Assembly (NCBI GenBank): GCA_031414535.1
Contig: JANNVQ010000012.1
Coordinates: 1 to 22,633 of the forward strand
From: Gemmatimonas sp.
GTDB lineage: Bacteria > Gemmatimonadota > Gemmatimonadetes > Gemmatimonadales > Gemmatimonadaceae
DNA length: 22,633 nt
Direction: 5' to 3'
Part shown: positions 9,571-17,767 of the stretch, one piece after another
How positions within the stretch are numbered: position 1 is the first letter of the stretch
Layout: the number at the start of each line of letters is the position of its first letter
The notes under the pieces: model-generated
Databases searched by the model: none
The model's input: the letters and a program-made list of their open reading frames with translations, nothing else
What the model was told of the DNA's origin: nothing
Program-made: the position numbers and the translations under genes

Positions 9571-12000
9571 GTGGCGCTGCGCTTCTCTCGTTCCTTCGTC
9601 GCACTCCTTGCCGTCTTCGCCGCGCCACTCGCGGCGCAGAGCGGATATCAGCAACCGGCTCCGGCCATCGCGCGCATTCTCGACGCGCCGGCCAAGCCCA
9701 CCATCCTTACTTCGCCAGATAAGTCCCTGCTCGTGTTGCTCGAGCGGCCGGGCCTGCCGAGCATCGCGGAGCTGTCGGAGCCGGAGTACCGGCTCGCCGG
9801 CCTGCGCATGAATCCCCGCAACAGTGGTCCGTCACGACAGAATCCCTCGCGCAGCATCTCGGTGATGCCGATGACTGGTGGCAATGCCCTTCCTGTGGCG
9901 ATGCAGTTGCCAGCTGGTGGCGGCATTAGCTATCCCACGTGGTCGCCGAACGGCAAGCTAATGTCCTTCGTGGTGAGCACGGACGATGCGCTCACGCTCT
10001 GGGTGGCCGACCCGCACGCGCGCACGGCGCGCCAGCTGAGCTCACGCAAGCTGAACGCCGTACTTGGCGCGCCCTGCGATTGGATGACGGATGCTGCGCT
10101 CATCTGCACGACCATTCCGGATGGTCGCGGCGCTGAACCTGCGGCACCGAGCGTGCCCGGTGGTCCAATTATCCAAGAGGCCTTGAGCGGGCGCGCTGAT
10201 CGCGTGGCGACGTATCAAGACCTGCTCAAGAGCCCGCACGACGAAGCACTGTTTGAGCACTACGCCACGAGCCAACTCGTGCGCTTTGGCGTTGATGGCA
10301 GCGCTACGATGGTCGGGGCCGCCGCGATGATTTCCGCTGCGGTGCCAAGCCCGGATGGTCAATGGCTCTTGGTGACCTCGCTCGCCCGGCCGTTCAGCTA
10401 TCAGGTGCCGCTCAACTACTTCCCGACCAAGATCGAAGTGTGGTCGCCGCAGGGCACGGTGGCGCGCACACTAGCGACGCGGCCTTTGCTAGAACGTGTG
10501 CCTTGGGGTGGGGATGCGGCGCAGACGGGACCGCGCTCGCCCTCGTGGCGGAACGATGTGGCCGCAACGCTCACTTGGTTGGAGGCGCTCGATGGGGGCG
10601 ATCCCGCTCGCGAGGCCGCGAAGCGTGATCGGCTGCTCGCACTGGATGCTCCGTTCACCGCTGCAGCTCGCACCTTGCTGGAGACTGAATGGCGTGCGCG
10701 TGGCGTGACCTGGGGGAGGGCCGACCTCGCCATCGCGCGTGAGGGTAACTCAAAGCAGCGCACGAATCGTGTGTGGGTGTTCGACCCAACTGGCCGCACG
10801 GCACCACGCATGCTCTGGGAGCGCTCGAGCGAGGACCGCTACACGGATCCCGGACAGTTCGTCACCTCACGCAACGCGATGGGCCGTAACGTGCTGCGTC
10901 TGACCGCCGATGGTCGGAGTGTGTTTCTCACGGGCGCCGGCGCATCGGCCGAAGGCGACCGTCCGTTCCTCGATCGCTACGAGTTGGCGAGCGGGCGCAG
11001 CGAGCGCGTGTTCCGCTCCGCCGCGCCGCACTACGAGTCGGTCGTGGACATCCTCGACGAGCGTGGTCAGCGCCTGCTAACGAACCGGGAGTCGTTGACG
11101 GAGCCGGCAAATTATTGGATCAGAGAGACCGTGCGCCGCATCGCACCGATTCAGGTGACCAAGTTCGCGGACCCGGCACCGGACTTCGCCAATGTGCGCC
11201 GCGAGGTGGTGCGTTACACCCGCAAGGACGGCGTACAGTTGCAGGCTACCGTATACTTGCCGCCAGGCTACGACAAGCAGCGCGATGGTCCGATCCCCTT
11301 CCTCCTCTGGGCGTATCCCATTGAGTTCGGCTCGGTGGAGGCCGCTTCGCAGGTGACGGGTTCTCCGTATCGCTTCACGCGGCCGGGCGGCTCTTCGCAC
11401 CTCTTTGCGTTGTTGCAGGGCTATGGCGTGATGGATGATCCAACCATGCCGATTATTGGCGTGAACGGCGCCGAGCCCAATGACACCTACGTGCAGCAAC
11501 TGACGGCCAGCGCTGAGGCGGCGGTAGAGCACATCGTCTCGATGGGCGTGGCGGATCGCGAGCGCATCGCGGTGGGCGGACACTCGTATGGCGCCTTCAT
11601 GACGGCCAACCTGCTGGCGCACACCTCGCTCTTCCGCGCCGGAATCGCGCGCAGCGGCGCGTACAACCGCACGCTCACGCCGTTTGGATTTCAAGGTGAG
11701 GATCGCAGCTACTGGCAGGCGCCGGATCTCTACGAGCAGATGTCGCCGTTCACGTTTGCCGACAAGATCAAGACGCCGATTCTCTTGGTCCACGGTATGG
11801 CCGACAACAACACCGGCACCTTCCCTATCCAGTCGGAGCGTATGTTTGCCGCGCTCAAGGGCAACGGTGGCACTACGCGTTACATCCAGCTGCCCGCAGA
11901 GTCACACGGCTACTCGGCACGTGAGAGTGTGGGGCACACTTTGTTTGAAATGATGAACTGGCTGGACCAGTACGTGAAGACGCAGCGACCGCGCATGTAA
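9571..12000 (+). CDS. S9 family (prolyl oligopeptidase fold) serine peptidase, similar to the glutamyl-endopeptidase (S9D-like) type
   Basis: Nucleophile elbow GGHSYGAFMTANLL, RSGAYNRTLTPFGFQ, HGMADNNTGT (catalytic Asp), ESHGY (catalytic His) and an N-terminal propeller-like region. GTG start with GGAG upstream; signal peptide ending LAA-Q. Confidence 0.92.
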   Translation: MALRFSRSFVALLAVFAAPLAAQSGYQQPAPAIARILDAPAKPTILTSPDKSLLVLLERPGLPSIAELSEPEYRLAGLRMNPRNSGPSRQNPSRSISVMPMTGGNALPVAMQLPAGGGISYPTWSPNGKLMSFVVSTDDALTLWVADPHARTARQLSSRKLNAVLGAPCDWMTDAALICTTIPDGRGAEPAAPSVPGGPIIQEALSGRADRVATYQDLLKSPHDEALFEHYATSQLVRFGVDGSATMVGAAAMISAAVPSPDGQWLLVTSLARPFSYQVPLNYFPTKIEVWSPQGTVARTLATRPLLERVPWGGDAAQTGPRSPSWRNDVAATLTWLEALDGGDPAREAAKRDRLLALDAPFTAAARTLLETEWRARGVTWGRADLAIAREGNSKQRTNRVWVFDPTGRTAPRMLWERSSEDRYTDPGQFVTSRNAMGRNVLRLTADGRSVFLTGAGASAEGDRPFLDRYELASGRSERVFRSAAPHYESVVDILDERGQRLLTNRESLTEPANYWIRETVRRIAPIQVTKFADPAPDFANVRREVVRYTRKDGVQLQATVYLPPGYDKQRDGPIPFLLWAYPIEFGSVEAASQVTGSPYRFTRPGGSSHLFALLQGYGVMDDPTMPIIGVNGAEPNDTYVQQLTASAEAAVEHIVSMGVADRERIAVGGHSYGAFMTANLLAHTSLFRAGIARSGAYNRTLTPFGFQGEDRSYWQAPDLYEQMSPFTFADKIKTPILLVHGMADNNTGTFPIQSERMFAALKGNGGTTRYIQLPAESHGYSARESVGHTLFEMMNWLDQYVKTQRPRM

Positions 12001-12007
12001 CGACTAC

Positions 12008-12041
12008 GCGAAACCCCCGACAGCCTTGTCGGGGGTTTCGC
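12008..12041. terminator. GC-rich hairpin directly after the S9 peptidase stop
   Basis: GCGAAACCCCCGACA-gcct-TGTCGGGGGTTTCGC is a perfect 15-bp stem. There is no clear U-tract beyond the stem. Confidence 0.7.
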
Positions 12042-12068
12042 CATTGTGGCGGGCAGTGGGAAGGTGAG

Positions 12069-12244
12069 TATTCGCTGTGTGAGATGGCCGTTCGACTCCA
12101 TTTCACCGGTTGTCAGGTCGCTGGAGACGACACGCGTTGTTCGATAGAGCAACACTCGAGATTGGACGAGCAATCACGAGAAGAAGCGGTGGATCCGGCT
12201 GCTACGGCAGCGACGAACCGGACCCCACACTTCACCAGCGAGTA
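12069..12244 (+). ncRNA. Putative structured ncRNA, family not recognised
   Basis: Nested helices found by eye: 12069-77/12236-44, 12088-94/12214-21 and 12102-08/12187-93. Hairpins at 12117-31, 12136-53, 12155-80 and 12198-211 (cUACGg loop). G-U pairs favour the + strand, and an intrinsic terminator follows. Confidence 0.6.
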
Positions 12245-12246
12245 AG

Positions 12247-12288
12247 AGGCCCCCGACGACCTATCAGGCGTTGGGGGCTTCCCTTTTT
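12247..12288 (+). terminator. Rho-independent terminator closing the putative ncRNA
   Basis: AGGCCCCCGACG...CGTTGGGGGCTT stem followed by CCCTTTTT. Confidence 0.7.
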
Positions 12289-12303
12289 AGGAGACGAGGA
12301 GGA

Positions 12304-12359
12304 AGACGGAAGCGACAAGGAACTGCAGCGACTCGCTTAGTTCCTTTTTTCTTCCGTCT
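12304..12359. repeat. Hairpin with GACGGAA-type termini, adjacent to the deacylase stop codon (possible terminator)
   Basis: AGACGGAAG (12304-12)/CTTCCGTCT (12351-59); AAGGAACT (12317-24)/AGTTCCTT (12339-46); AGCG/CGCT at the apex. Confidence 0.6.
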
Positions 12360-12360
12360 A

Positions 12361-13968
12361 TCACCGCTGTTGCGTGCGCCGCAGGGTGCGCCCAGGACGC
12401 GCAGCCGTGAACACGCCGGCATCTACCACCGGGATTCCGTTCACGATGACGAATGGAATCCCCGTTGCGTATTGATGCGGCTCAGTGAACGTGGCCGGGC
12501 TCCCTACCGTCGCCGCATCAAAGATTGCGATGTCGGCGGCGCAACCCACGTTGAGACAGCCGCGCGCGCCGCTCAGCCCCAATCGCTCGGCTGGCATGCC
12601 GGTCATCTTGTGCACGGCCTGCTCGAGTGTGAGCACGTGCGCCTCGCGCACATAGTGGCCCAAGACGCGGGGAAATGTGCCGTATGAGCGCGGATGTGGC
12701 ACGCCTTCACCGGGACGCGTGAGGCGCCCATCGCTGGCAATCATCGTCTGCGGGTGCTGCATGATGCGGCGCACATCGCCTTCATCAATGATGTGATAGA
12801 CCATCCCAGCTCCGCCGTTGAGCTCGCCCTCGATTACGAGCTTTGCCGCCCCTTCCATCGAAGGCCCCACACCTCGACGTGCTGCCCAGTCGTAGAGCGT
12901 CTTACCCTCAAGCGTACGATCCCAGCTCACGGTGCCGAACTGCACGCGCCGCGTGTCGCCGCCACCACGGTCCGTGAGCAGCAGATGCACCACGCCGCGC
13001 TCAATGCTGTCACGCAGCGTGGGTTGCGCTACGCGCTCTCGAAACGCGCGCGCGCCGCCAGCCAATGCCCAGGGTGGAATCAGCACCGAGAGTGACGTCT
13101 GGCTCGCCGTGTACGGATACTGATCAATCATCACATCGAGTCCGGCGGCGCGAGCGGAATCCACCATCGCCAGAGTCACGACGCTTTTTCCCCACATTGG
13201 CTGGCCGACGGCCTTGTGGTGCGTCAGCACGACCGGAATGCCGGCATCGCGCGCGATGCGAACGGCTTCGGCTACTCCTTCCAGTAGACCCAGTCCCTCC
13301 TCGCGCAGGTGCGACGTGTAAATGCCCCCCGAGTCGGCGGCCGCACGACTGAGCGCGATGACTTCGTCGGTGTTGGAGTAGTAGCCCGGCACGTAGCGCA
13401 GGCCAGTGCTGATGCCAAACGCCCCGTCTCCCATACCGCGACGAATCAGCGTGCGCATCTGCTCCAGCTCATCTGCCGTTGGCGCACGATTCTCCGTGCC
13501 CATCACTGCGCGTCGCACGGTATTGTGGCCCACGAGGTAGGCCACGTTCATCCCGAGTCCGGCACGCTGCGCAGAATCCAAATAGGCGGCGAGTGGAAAC
13601 GGCCCGCTGCCATCGGGCCCACCGAGTGCCAGCGTGACGCCTTGGGTCACTGCCGAACGCGCATCGGGCATCTCCAGCAACGGCTCCAAATGCGCGTGAA
13701 GGTCAATGAACCCCGGTGCCACGATGAGTCCCCGTGCGTCAATCACCCGCGCCGCGCGCCGCGCATCGAGTGGCGTGCGCGACACCGCGACGATGCGGTC
13801 GCCGCTGATCGCCACGTCGGCCGCATAACGTGCGGCCCCTGTACCGTCCACGACCGTGCCGTTGGTGATCAACAGGGACCACTCGGGCCGAGCCTGCGCA
13901 CGGAGCGAGGAAAGCGACAAGACGGAAGCTGCAAGGAGCGACACAGCAAGATGTCGAGTGTTGATCAC
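12361..13968 (-). CDS. N-acyl-D-amino-acid deacylase (D-aminoacylase) family amidohydrolase, exported
   Basis: NGTVVDGTG..ADVAISGDRI, APGFIDLHAH, GAFGISTGLRY, YTSHLREE, THHK, DQYPYTAS, ASDG, HPRSYGTFPRVLG, ADIAIFD, VIVNG. GTG start with GGAG upstream; signal peptide. Confidence 0.92.
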   Translation of the reverse strand: MINTRHLAVSLLAASVLSLSSLRAQARPEWSLLITNGTVVDGTGAARYAADVAISGDRIVAVSRTPLDARRAARVIDARGLIVAPGFIDLHAHLEPLLEMPDARSAVTQGVTLALGGPDGSGPFPLAAYLDSAQRAGLGMNVAYLVGHNTVRRAVMGTENRAPTADELEQMRTLIRRGMGDGAFGISTGLRYVPGYYSNTDEVIALSRAAADSGGIYTSHLREEGLGLLEGVAEAVRIARDAGIPVVLTHHKAVGQPMWGKSVVTLAMVDSARAAGLDVMIDQYPYTASQTSLSVLIPPWALAGGARAFRERVAQPTLRDSIERGVVHLLLTDRGGGDTRRVQFGTVSWDRTLEGKTLYDWAARRGVGPSMEGAAKLVIEGELNGGAGMVYHIIDEGDVRRIMQHPQTMIASDGRLTRPGEGVPHPRSYGTFPRVLGHYVREAHVLTLEQAVHKMTGMPAERLGLSGARGCLNVGCAADIAIFDAATVGSPATFTEPHQYATGIPFVIVNGIPVVDAGVFTAARPGRTLRRTQQR

Positions 13969-14000
13969 AGTTCTCTGCTCCCGGAGTAGTGGCCGTTCTC

Positions 14001-14021
14001 TTCCGTCATCCGTCTTCCGTC
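14001..14021. repeat. Heptamer tandem array (x3)
   Basis: TTCCGTC-ATCCGTC-TTCCGTC, immediately after the TAG of the minus-strand gene ending at 14022. Same unit as at 1858-1939. Confidence 0.85.
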
Positions 14022-15809
14022 CTAGTTGATTGCTCCTAGCACTTTCCCCAAGAACTCATCAATCGCGCGATTCTCGATCCAGCGCACGACGACGACGAGA
14101 TCCTGCTCCGGCGCCACGAAGACGAGGTTCGTGCCGTTGCCCACGTGCCCGAATGCGCTGGCGGGCGCCGACGGCATCCACTTCTTGTCCGTGTTCAAGA
14201 ACCAGTTCATGTGGCCATAGGTGAGTTGCGCGGGAGTGGGCGTGAGCGCGCGCGTCACCCACTCGTCGCTTAAGACGCGTTGCGTGCCCCATACACCACG
14301 GCGCTGCGTGAGCAGACCAAAGCGCGCCATATCCCAGGCGTTGATAAACATGCCGCCGCCCCAGTGGCCGCCACCGCTGACCGCTTGCACCGGGCGTCCG
14401 TCGAGCGTGATCCAAGAATTGTCGTAGCCGTTCCAGCGCCACGTGCGTGATGCGCCGATTGGAGCCATCACGAATTCATCCAAGACATCTGGCAAGGGGC
14501 GACGCCACACATTGGTGGCCGCGAGTGCGAGCACGTTCACACGCACGTCGTTGTACTCGTATACGCTGCCTGGTGCGTTGCGCGCGCGTGTGGTCCACGT
14601 GCTCGCGTCCTGCGCTGGGCGGTCGGCCCATTCGGGCTTGCCCCAGAGCGTACCTTCCCAGTCGCTCACCTGGCGCAGCATATGGTCCCACGTGATGCGG
14701 CGATTGTGGGGCGTGTTCCACGGATCAATGAGCATCGAATGGCCGTAAGTCGAGCCCGGCTCTGAGGGCGCTTGGGTGCGCAAGCCGTACGTCGGTGCCT
14801 GTGACATCCACACGGGTTCGTTCACATCGCGAAGAAGACCGCGATCAAACGCGAGCCCAACGACGACAGAGAGAAAGCTCTTGGTGACCGAGTGCGACAT
14901 ATCCACGCGCTCGGGCTCGCCCCAACTCGCCACTACGTAGCCACTGCGGAGAATCACGCCCGTGGGTTCGCCGCGCGGCTTGAAGGGGCCGATGCCTTGG
15001 CCAAACGGTTCGCGTCCAAACGTGCGATAGTGGTTCTCTTCCATATCTCGCGGGGCGCGAACCTCGTTCTCCACCGCGAAGGCGATGGCGGCGGCGAGTT
15101 TCGCAGAATCAACGCCACTCGCACTCGGGGCGCGGCGCTCCCACACGGCGCCCGGGACGTACGGCGTTGCGGGTCGTGCATCGGGACGCGAACTCGGACG
15201 CGTGCCGCGCTGCGCGTCGAGCGCAGACGGCGAAAGCGCCGCGAGGCTCAGCGCCGCGAGGCTCAGCGCCGCGAACACAATCACAGCTGTGCCAAGCGCG
15301 CTCAATCGGGCGCGCTTCCGCTTGGTAAGCCACGGCAGCAGCCAGAGATAGAGGCCAGTGAGCCAAAGGCCGAACACCACAACCCCCACAGGTAGGAAGA
15401 TCCACAACTTGGCCGCCTCGCCAAAGAATGAGCCATCGTGTAGCGTCTCAATAAAATCAGAGCGCCGGTATGCCGTCTGGAGCACGCGCCCATCCTCGAG
15501 CGCCAACTGCAGTTCCCAGCGCGACTTGGTGATCACCTTTAGGATGCCTTTGGAGGGCCGCACATCCACGCGGTCAATATCTTCCCAGGTCTTCACCTCC
15601 GCTTGGGGAAGCGCCTGAGCGGCCGCGAACACCGTCTCCCAAGGGACGCTCGGCACTGTCACGGCAGTGCGCTGTTCTGGAGGCTGCACCCAGCTGATCT
15701 GCTTCTTCACCTGCAAGAGCAGGCCGGAGCAAATCACCACCAAGAAGGGAATTCCAACGATTAGCGCGCCCCGGCGATGCAGGAGACGAGAGGCTATGGA
15801 CAGTTTCAT
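14022..15809 (-). CDS. PepSY-associated TM domain fused to a beta-lactamase-fold serine hydrolase
   Basis: The N-terminal ~170 aa are PepSY_TM-like (LLHRRGALIVGIPFLVVICSGLLLQVKK...DIDRVDVRPSKG...RRSDFIETLHDGSFF...TGLYLW). The C-terminal part has SxxK (SVTK) and YxN (YEYND) motifs, plus GGGMFINAWDMARFG. The frame is open throughout; ATG at 15809. Confidence 0.85.
   Translation of the reverse strand: MKLSIASRLLHRRGALIVGIPFLVVICSGLLLQVKKQISWVQPPEQRTAVTVPSVPWETVFAAAQALPQAEVKTWEDIDRVDVRPSKGILKVITKSRWELQLALEDGRVLQTAYRRSDFIETLHDGSFFGEAAKLWIFLPVGVVVFGLWLTGLYLWLLPWLTKRKRARLSALGTAVIVFAALSLAALSLAALSPSALDAQRGTRPSSRPDARPATPYVPGAVWERRAPSASGVDSAKLAAAIAFAVENEVRAPRDMEENHYRTFGREPFGQGIGPFKPRGEPTGVILRSGYVVASWGEPERVDMSHSVTKSFLSVVVGLAFDRGLLRDVNEPVWMSQAPTYGLRTQAPSEPGSTYGHSMLIDPWNTPHNRRITWDHMLRQVSDWEGTLWGKPEWADRPAQDASTWTTRARNAPGSVYEYNDVRVNVLALAATNVWRRPLPDVLDEFVMAPIGASRTWRWNGYDNSWITLDGRPVQAVSGGGHWGGGMFINAWDMARFGLLTQRRGVWGTQRVLSDEWVTRALTPTPAQLTYGHMNWFLNTDKKWMPSAPASAFGHVGNGTNLVFVAPEQDLVVVVRWIENRAIDEFLGKVLGAIN
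15235..15274. repeat. 15-bp tandem repeat (~2.7 copies) encoding AALSL repeats
   Basis: AGCGCCGCGAGGCTC x2 + AGCGCCGCGA, identical at the DNA level. Confidence 0.9.
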
Positions 15810-15938
15810 ACTTGAGGTACGGGGAAAGTCGGACACTCGTTGCCCTGCACGTTTACCCCCAAACGACGTATGCTCAACCCCAGTGCTTGCTCGTGCGTAG
15901 CGTCAAGTAGCCAGAACCCCACCATCAGGAGTCCTTGG

Positions 15939-17615
15939 ATGATCCGTTTTGCCCGTCGTGCGGCAACCGTTGTTGCGTCCGCTGTCGCCGCGCTCGCTCT
16001 CTCGGCCGTCGGCCCGCTCAGCACACCGCTCTTGGCCCAGCAGTCCGCCGCGGACTCCGCGCGCATCGAACGCTTGAAGGCCGACGCGCTCACGCGCGTA
16101 GAGGGCCGCGCCAAGCAGATTCAAGAGATCATTGACATGCAGTTCTCGTTCTCCGAGCTCGGTATGCAGGAGTTCGAGACGCAGCGCTACCTCACGGGCA
16201 TCCTCGAGCGGGCGGGATTCCAGATCACGCGCGGCTACGCGGGTATGCCCAGTGCCTGGGTGGCGCGCTGGGTGAGCCCGGCCGGTGCACGGCCCGTGAT
16301 CACGATGGGCTCCGACGTAGACGGCATTCCGCAGTCCAACAACAAGCCAGGCGTCGCGTTTAACGACGCGCAGGTTGCCGGCGCACCGGGCCACGGCGAA
16401 GGCCACAACACCGGCCAGGCGGTCAACATCGCCGCCGCGCTCGCGGTGAAGGAATTGATGATTCGCGATCGCATTCCAGGCACTTTGGTGCTCTGGCCGG
16501 GCATCGCCGAAGAACAGATGGCCGGCAAGGCTTTCCTCGTACGTGAGGGCCTGTTCCGCGATGCAGATGTGGCGATGTTCACGCATGTGGGCAACGGACT
16601 CGGCGTCTCATGGGGCCAGAGCTCTTCCACTGCACTCGTCTCGGCCATCTTCCGCTTCCGCGGCGAAAGCGCGCACGCGGCGGGCGCGCCGTGGCGCGGC
16701 CGGTCGGCGCTCGACGCCGCCATGCTGATGGGCACGGGCTGGGAGTACCAGCGCGAGCACAACGAACTGCCCTCGCGCTCGCACTATGTGATTCGCGATG
16801 GCGGCGATCAGCCAAACGTGGTGCCCTCCACCGCGAGCATCTGGTTTTACTTCCGCGAGCGCGACTATCCGCGCACGATGGCACTGTTCGAGGCCGGGAA
16901 GCGCATCGCGCGCGGCGCCGCGATGATGGCCAATGTGGAACTCGATACCGTGATGGTGGTTGGCTCTGGCTGGAGCGGTCACTTCAACAAGACCATCGCT
17001 GAGGTGACGTACGCCAACATCCAGCGCGTAGGCATGCCGCAGTGGAGCGAGGAAGATCAGGCGCTCGCCCGCGCCCTGCAGAAGGAGTTGGGGGGTCGCG
17101 AACAGGGCCTCTCGACGGCTGTGGAGTTCACCTTGCAGGGCCCGATTCCCGAAAGCCAGCGGATGGGCGGCGGCTCCGACGACATCGGCGACGTCAGCTG
17201 GAACGTGCCGACTGTCACCCTGCGCTATCCGTCCAATATTCCCGGCCTCCCCGGCCACAATTGGTCGAGCTCCATCGCCTCCGCCACGCCGATTGCGCAT
17301 AAGGGCGCACTCGCCGGTGCCAAGGTCCAGGCGCTGACGCTGATTGACATCCTGATGCGTCCCCAGGTGGTGGCCGACGCGTGGAAGTACTTCCGCGAAG
17401 TACAGACGGCAGAGACGCAGTACACGCCGTTCATCTCACCCAGCGACCAACCGCCGATTTGGTTGAACGCAGAGATCATGGCGCGCTTTAAGAGCGAGCT
17501 GCAGAAGTACTACTACGATCCCCGTCGCTACCCGACGTACTTGGAGCAGCTGGGAATTCGCTACCCCACAACGCGGGCCACCCCGCGCCCCAACATGAAC
17601 GAGAATCAGCAGTAG
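15939..17615 (+). CDS. M20 family amidohydrolase (AbgB/aminobenzoyl-glutamate hydrolase B-like), exported
   Basis: ELGMQEFET, GHGEGHN, WPGIAEE, GESAHAAGAPWRGRSALDA, GGDQPNVVP, GGSDDIGDVSW. AGGAG RBS at 15927-31; signal peptide ending LLA-Q. Confidence 0.9.
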   Translation: MIRFARRAATVVASAVAALALSAVGPLSTPLLAQQSAADSARIERLKADALTRVEGRAKQIQEIIDMQFSFSELGMQEFETQRYLTGILERAGFQITRGYAGMPSAWVARWVSPAGARPVITMGSDVDGIPQSNNKPGVAFNDAQVAGAPGHGEGHNTGQAVNIAAALAVKELMIRDRIPGTLVLWPGIAEEQMAGKAFLVREGLFRDADVAMFTHVGNGLGVSWGQSSSTALVSAIFRFRGESAHAAGAPWRGRSALDAAMLMGTGWEYQREHNELPSRSHYVIRDGGDQPNVVPSTASIWFYFRERDYPRTMALFEAGKRIARGAAMMANVELDTVMVVGSGWSGHFNKTIAEVTYANIQRVGMPQWSEEDQALARALQKELGGREQGLSTAVEFTLQGPIPESQRMGGGSDDIGDVSWNVPTVTLRYPSNIPGLPGHNWSSSIASATPIAHKGALAGAKVQALTLIDILMRPQVVADAWKYFREVQTAETQYTPFISPSDQPPIWLNAEIMARFKSELQKYYYDPRRYPTYLEQLGIRYPTTRATPRPNMNENQQ

Positions 17616-17627
17616 GTCTGGCAGACA

Positions 17628-17767
17628 GAAACGACTTCACCACGAAGGCACGAAGGGAACCGCAACAGTCTCAAGGCCCCGCAGCCCTAAGAAGCAATGC
17701 TTTTTCGGGTAGCGGGGCCTCGAGTTTGCAGGAAATCCTTCGTGTCTTCGTGGTGAAAAGCCGTTCT
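17628..17767. repeat. Octamer-armed long hairpin repeat (REP/MITE-like), intact copy 2
   Basis: Outer arms AGAAACGACTTCACCACGAAGGCACGAAGG ... CCTTCGTGTCTTCGTGGTGAAAAGCCGTTCT. Inner arms CTCAAGGCCCCGCAGCCCTAAGAAGC / GCTTTTTCGGGTAGCGGGGCCTCGAG. Confidence 0.88.

Noticed and set aside
12040..12066. GCCATTG...GGGAAGGT, resembling part of a cobalamin riboswitch
   Set aside because: The upstream core and B12-box are absent, and there is no downstream same-strand gene.
12090..12131. GTTCGACTC (T-loop-like) and TGTCAGGTC (SRP-like) words
   Set aside because: No cloverleaf or CCA end, and the SRP GGAAG..AGCAG motif is missing.
12084..12245. 53-aa ORF (MAVRLHF...) over the structured element
   Set aside because: Atypical codons (CGA, ATA, AGA, TCA), no clear RBS, and base pairing explains the sequence better. 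Not fully excluded.
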